NCBI GenBank assembly: GCA_964252035.1
Contig: OZ176202.1
From: Podarcis erhardii
Taxonomy: Eukaryota
Direction: 5' to 3' (one strand)
Length of the DNA: 64,000 nucleotides
Positions 59,861-64,000 of this stretch are shown here, one piece after another (within the stretch, counting starts at the first letter, position 1; each line of letters opens with the position of its first letter). The position numbers and the translations under genes are program-made. The notes under the pieces are model-generated. The model did not search any database and was not told the origin of the DNA. It saw only the letters and a program-made list of their open reading frames with translations.

Positions 59861-61765
59861 ATACTGACTTCAAAGTAGCAGTACATTAGAGTGAAAACAA
59901 AACATGTGTTTGAGGATTACTTGCTTTCAACTTGCATTCACATATTTATCTTCTTCCCATGCATAGCTAAAAAGCTTTCTGGTTTTAAATAGTCATAACA
60001 ATGCTGGTAATTATTATAGATAAGACTAGCCCGGATATTTTTTGTAATTACCATGAAATGGAATGCGTTTTTTCTCCAGCTGGATATATTTGTCTTGACT
60101 CACTAACTTGACTGACTATATCCAGATGATACTATCTGGCCTTCATTTGTCATCTTCATGATGCTGCTTTATTGCCAAATTAGAGAGACATGCAGTTTTT
60201 CTTATCTTCTCCCACTCTCTACTGTTTTATTAAAGCTCTTACTTTGGTGGTCTGGATAACATGCAGGAAAATAGAGGAAAGTTTTAACAGTACGGTTCTA
60301 TGCATATTTATTCAGAAGTAGGTCTTTGCTGTGTTCAGTGAGGTTTACTCCCTCATAAGTATTTGTTCGGATTGCAGCCTTCATCTGGATCCAATATAAT
60401 GAAGATACAGAAGTAGCAACTAATTTTTAAACACAAGCCTTCCAAGATTATTTGTTAAATTTTGTATTTGCACACAATTTTAAAATTGTGCATAGCACTG
60501 TCAAATTAAAATGCCAGGGTACAGTCCCTAGAGCAGGTCCTCCAAATGTTATTGGACTAGAAGTCACAAAACTTCCTGACCAAAATGGGACCTCATAGTA
60601 GTGTGTGACCATTTTAAAAAAACAAAAGAGCAAGTAGTAAAAAGTAGCAAGCAAATGCAATTGCAGAAAGCAGGAGAAGAATCAGCAACAGAATCAGTCA
60701 GATGGTCTGTCTAGTTCTATACTAGCAAAACTTGCTTTTATGGTCACCTGTACTGTGCTAGCCTTTGTATTTGGTTGAAGGATAAGGAACAAGGACCAGT
60801 GAGGTAGATGAAGTTGTATGTTAGCAAGTACTCTGGGAAGTGCACTTGACACCTTGCGGGGGGGGGGGTGTAGGATAAAGCAGTGCAGGTATTGATTACA
60901 AGGAGATTGGCTGGGCTGTCCTTGACAGGATCTTGCAATACAATATGTAATCAGAGGAGGTGGGAGATACATGACTTGGCCACTCATATGCTATGGAAGC
61001 TGAAGGAACTGTATACTTTTAAGGAGGTAATGGTTGGGTAGGGCCTTCCTTTGTGGGGAAAAAGTCGATACCTCATTTCATTTGGAGAGGGTAATGGATG
61101 AAACCGCAGCTTATCAGTGGACACATTTCAAAGGGAGAGGAAGGCTAGCAAGCCATTTTATACTCTGTTTTGGTTTGTTATGCCTACTTAAAACTTGGCA
61201 TGGTTAGTTTAAAAACAGCTTTATATTTAAAGTACTTGAGCAGAGTGCCTGTTCTTCTCATCAAAATACATTACTTTATGGGAGGATACATCCAGATGAC
61301 AAACTGTTAGAGTAATTTGTCCTTTTTAAGAGCAATCTAAATTATTTAACTCTCTCTTCTACTCTTCATTTTTCCAATGGTTTTCTAGTCTTGACCATTT
61401 CAAAATAGACAGAAAAAGGAAACTCATACAAGCATGAATAACGTATGTGCCTCTCACACAGAACTCAAACTGAACAGAGAACTTTTGATGCAAAAAAGTC
61501 TGTTCAGTGGATGATGAGTATAATCCTAATTGATGAAGATAAAGTTTTGATGCCTGTTAGCAAATTTCCCATAAGTACATTACAAAGCTAATTGACTTTG
61601 TAGCAGAACATACTGAAATTAAAAGCTTGCCTCAGGAACATGCAAACTACCAATCCAGCAATAAAGAATGAAAAGTAATAGATATATAAGCAGCCCATAA
61701 CAATTAAAAGCAATAGAGACTTTCCTTCTAGTAAGGATTAATTAACTCCTAGTTTGAAATCATAT

Positions 61766-62129
61766 GGGATGCGGGTGGCGCTGTGGTCTAAACCACAGAG
61801 CCTAGGGCTTGCCAATCAGAAGGTTGGCGGTTTGAATCCCTGCGACAGGGTGAGCTCCCGTTGCTTGGTCCCAGCTCCTCTCAACCTAGCAGTTTGAAAG
61901 CACGTCAAAGTACAAGTAGATAAATAGGTCCCGCTCCAGCAGGAAGGTAAACGGCATTTCTGTTCGCTGCTCTGGTTTCGCCAGAAGTGGCTTAGTCATG
62001 CTGGTCACATGACCTGGAAAAACTGTCTGCGGACAAACATCGGCTCCCGCGGCCAGTAAAGCGAGATGAGCGCCACAACCTCAGAGTCGTTTGTGACTGG
62101 ACTTAACTGTCGGGGTCCCTTTACCTTTT
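61766..62129 (+). mobile_element. Sauria SINE (Squam1), full length
   Basis: GGGATGCGGGTGGCGCTGTGG head, cctttacctttt tail, TSD AAATCATA (61757-64, 62131-38). Confidence 0.97.
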
Positions 62130-62198
62130 AAAATCATACACCAACCTGCTTAATGTTTCTCAGTTAGGATGAGTGTAGAAGTAGAGACTGTGCATATA

Positions 62199-62553
62199 CA
62201 GTGGTGCCTCACAAGACGAAATTAATCCGTTCCGTGAGGCTCTTCGTATAGCGGTTTTTTCGTCTTGCGAAGCAAGCCCATTGACAGCTTAGCGGATTAG
62301 TGCTATTAGCGGTTTAGCGGCTTTTAGCGGATCAGCTGATAAGCGGCTTATCAGCGGATCAGCTGATAAGTGGCTTAGGGCTTAGGAAAAGGGGGGGGGA
62401 GGGAAAAAACCCTGCAGGAACTCGCAAGACATTTTCGTCTTGCGAAGCAAGCCCATAGGGAAATTCGTTTTGCGAAGCGCCTCCAAAACGGAAAACCCTT
62501 TCGTCTAGCGGGTTTTCCGTCTTGCAAGGCGTTCGTCTTGCGGGGCACCACTG
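62199..62553. mobile_element. Family B MITE (355 bp)
   Basis: TA-CAGTGGTGCC...GGCACCACTG-TA. Confidence 0.95.
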
Positions 62554-63802
62554 TATATTTTCTGTTGGCAAAATGAATGTAGAGAGGTATAGGTTGAGTT
62601 TGGAGCTCTGCAATTGCCATGCAGCTGTCCTCTGCACTTTTCACCTCTTTTAAAAAGGACTGGATTATGCAAACTGCAGTATGTGAGATGAGTGCAAAGC
62701 CTGCACACAAGGGTTGTGCCATACGGAATACAAGGCCGAGAGCTTTGCTATATTGCACCAAGGGTTCATCTAGACTTGCAGCAAGATGGTTAACAAGATG
62801 GTTCTGAAAAGCCTTTGAGAAAGGCGTGATGGGAAAGTCATGAAGCCGTCCCCTATAGTGCTGTGAACGCACCCACAATGCAGAAGCAAGTATCCAGAGC
62901 CATGCTGTCATTGAATATGGAGCATCGATTTAGCCATAATGGCTAATAGGTTTATCAATAACCATCCTGCCTGTTTTTTTCTTTAGGACCTTGTGGCAGT
63001 GAATTATGGAAAATAATTGTACCTTGTGTTAAGATGTGAGTGCTCTTCACTGTTTCACTTCCAGCACTAATTCCACCTAGAGTCTCAGAACAGATATGAA
63101 GACTGGCTTCTGGGATGCATTCTGTCCAGGAGCTTTGCCGCACAGGGGCTTTAGTGGCTGAGTGCTGGCATTGGGAGGATCACAGCATAGCATAGGGTAG
63201 AATAGTGGCTGCTCATCAGAAGTCATGCACACTGCCTGGTTATATGCTCATGATAGTTGAGCAGTTATATTCCAAATAAGTGGAGTTTCCTGTTAACAGT
63301 TAAGTTATGAATATTGGGGGGAAACAATCTCCAGAACAGAAAAGTGATTTCTCAGGGGAAGACGTCTGAATCCCAAGTAACAAATTACGGCTCACAACTG
63401 TGCTTTTGTTAACATTACAAATAGGTTGCCTAGAAAGGCCTTGTCTTGTCTAAAATATCAGGTGTGTCGATTTTGGTAAAGCTGCTTCCTAGCCAGGTTT
63501 GTAAAGATGCTGAGCAGTCACATTTTTATTGAGTTAATCGAGCATTGGCATAGGCAGATGGATCTAGCATAATCCATCTGTGTGTAAGACTTTTTAAAAA
63601 AGTTTTGTCCTAAAAAGATTGTCAGCAGTAAGAAATCTAGAGCTGAATTCAAGTGTATTTCAAAGCACTTATTAAACAAAAAGTAGCTTTCGGGTGTCTT
63701 TTGAAAAAAAGTTTATTTAATCCCTCTGCCCTTCCTGTGTGATTTCCAAGAGTCAAGACCAGAGGTCCAAAAAAAAGAGAAGAGAATTTTTTTGACTCAC
63801 TG

Positions 63803-63803
<1 letters not shown>

Positions 63804-63844
<41 letters not shown>
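63804..63844. repeat. (TG)n microsatellite
   Basis: About 20 perfect units. Confidence 0.97.
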
Positions 63845-63846
<2 letters not shown>

Positions 63847-64000
63847 GATTTTAGGATTTATGTAGTAAATTGGGGAATGATACTGAGAAAAAACTATACT
63901 GTGTTGTCCACAATTACATGGGGTTTGGGTTTCTCTCTCTCCTTACCATGTAATGATGCTTACTGTGACCTTAGCAAAATTTATATATCACTGCTTGATT

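Larger units (their letters stand above)
28022..64000 (+). other. UST: UST intron 1 (continues beyond the window)
   Basis: No sequence encoding a GNSTYLDDHGPPP-like exon 2 found; the mammalian UST first intron is also very long. Confidence 0.7.

Noticed and set aside
5811-60869. Frequent G/C homopolymer runs of 9-14 nt
   Set aside because: Scattered without pattern; likely a genome-wide trait and error-prone in assemblies.

Overview
Squamate (lizard, probably lacertid) genomic DNA; the taxon is inferred from the Sauria/Squam SINEs and the L2 and CR1 subfamilies. The only protein-coding host feature I can support is exon 1 of UST (uronyl 2-O-sulfotransferase, CDS 27742-28021, + strand) in a CpG island. 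About 27 kb of upstream intergenic DNA precedes it and more than 36 kb of intron 1 follows; I did not find exon 2 in the window. The rest is a dense transposon landscape: a young 5'-truncated L2 with an open 445-aa RT ORF, CR1/L2/RTE fragments, SINEs, two solo-LTR-like elements, 11 pogo/Tigger-type MITEs in three families, hAT MITEs with 8-bp TSDs, a Tigger transposase fossil, and a short L1-derived element nested in a Tc2-like MITE. I found no new multi-gene system. The best leads are regulatory hypotheses around UST: (1) four uATGs, including an Arg-rich uORF whose stop overlaps the UST start (ATGA), followed by a Pro7 run; (2) a 17-bp minisatellite carrying four ACGTGGC (GASE/HRE-like) motifs 9 kb upstream; (3) a let-7/miR-98-like site with extensive 3' pairing on the antisense strand; (4) a minus-strand TATA plus splice-donor module. 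A MITE with a non-canonical CA target duplication is also notable. All family names come from recalled consensus sequences, not database searches.
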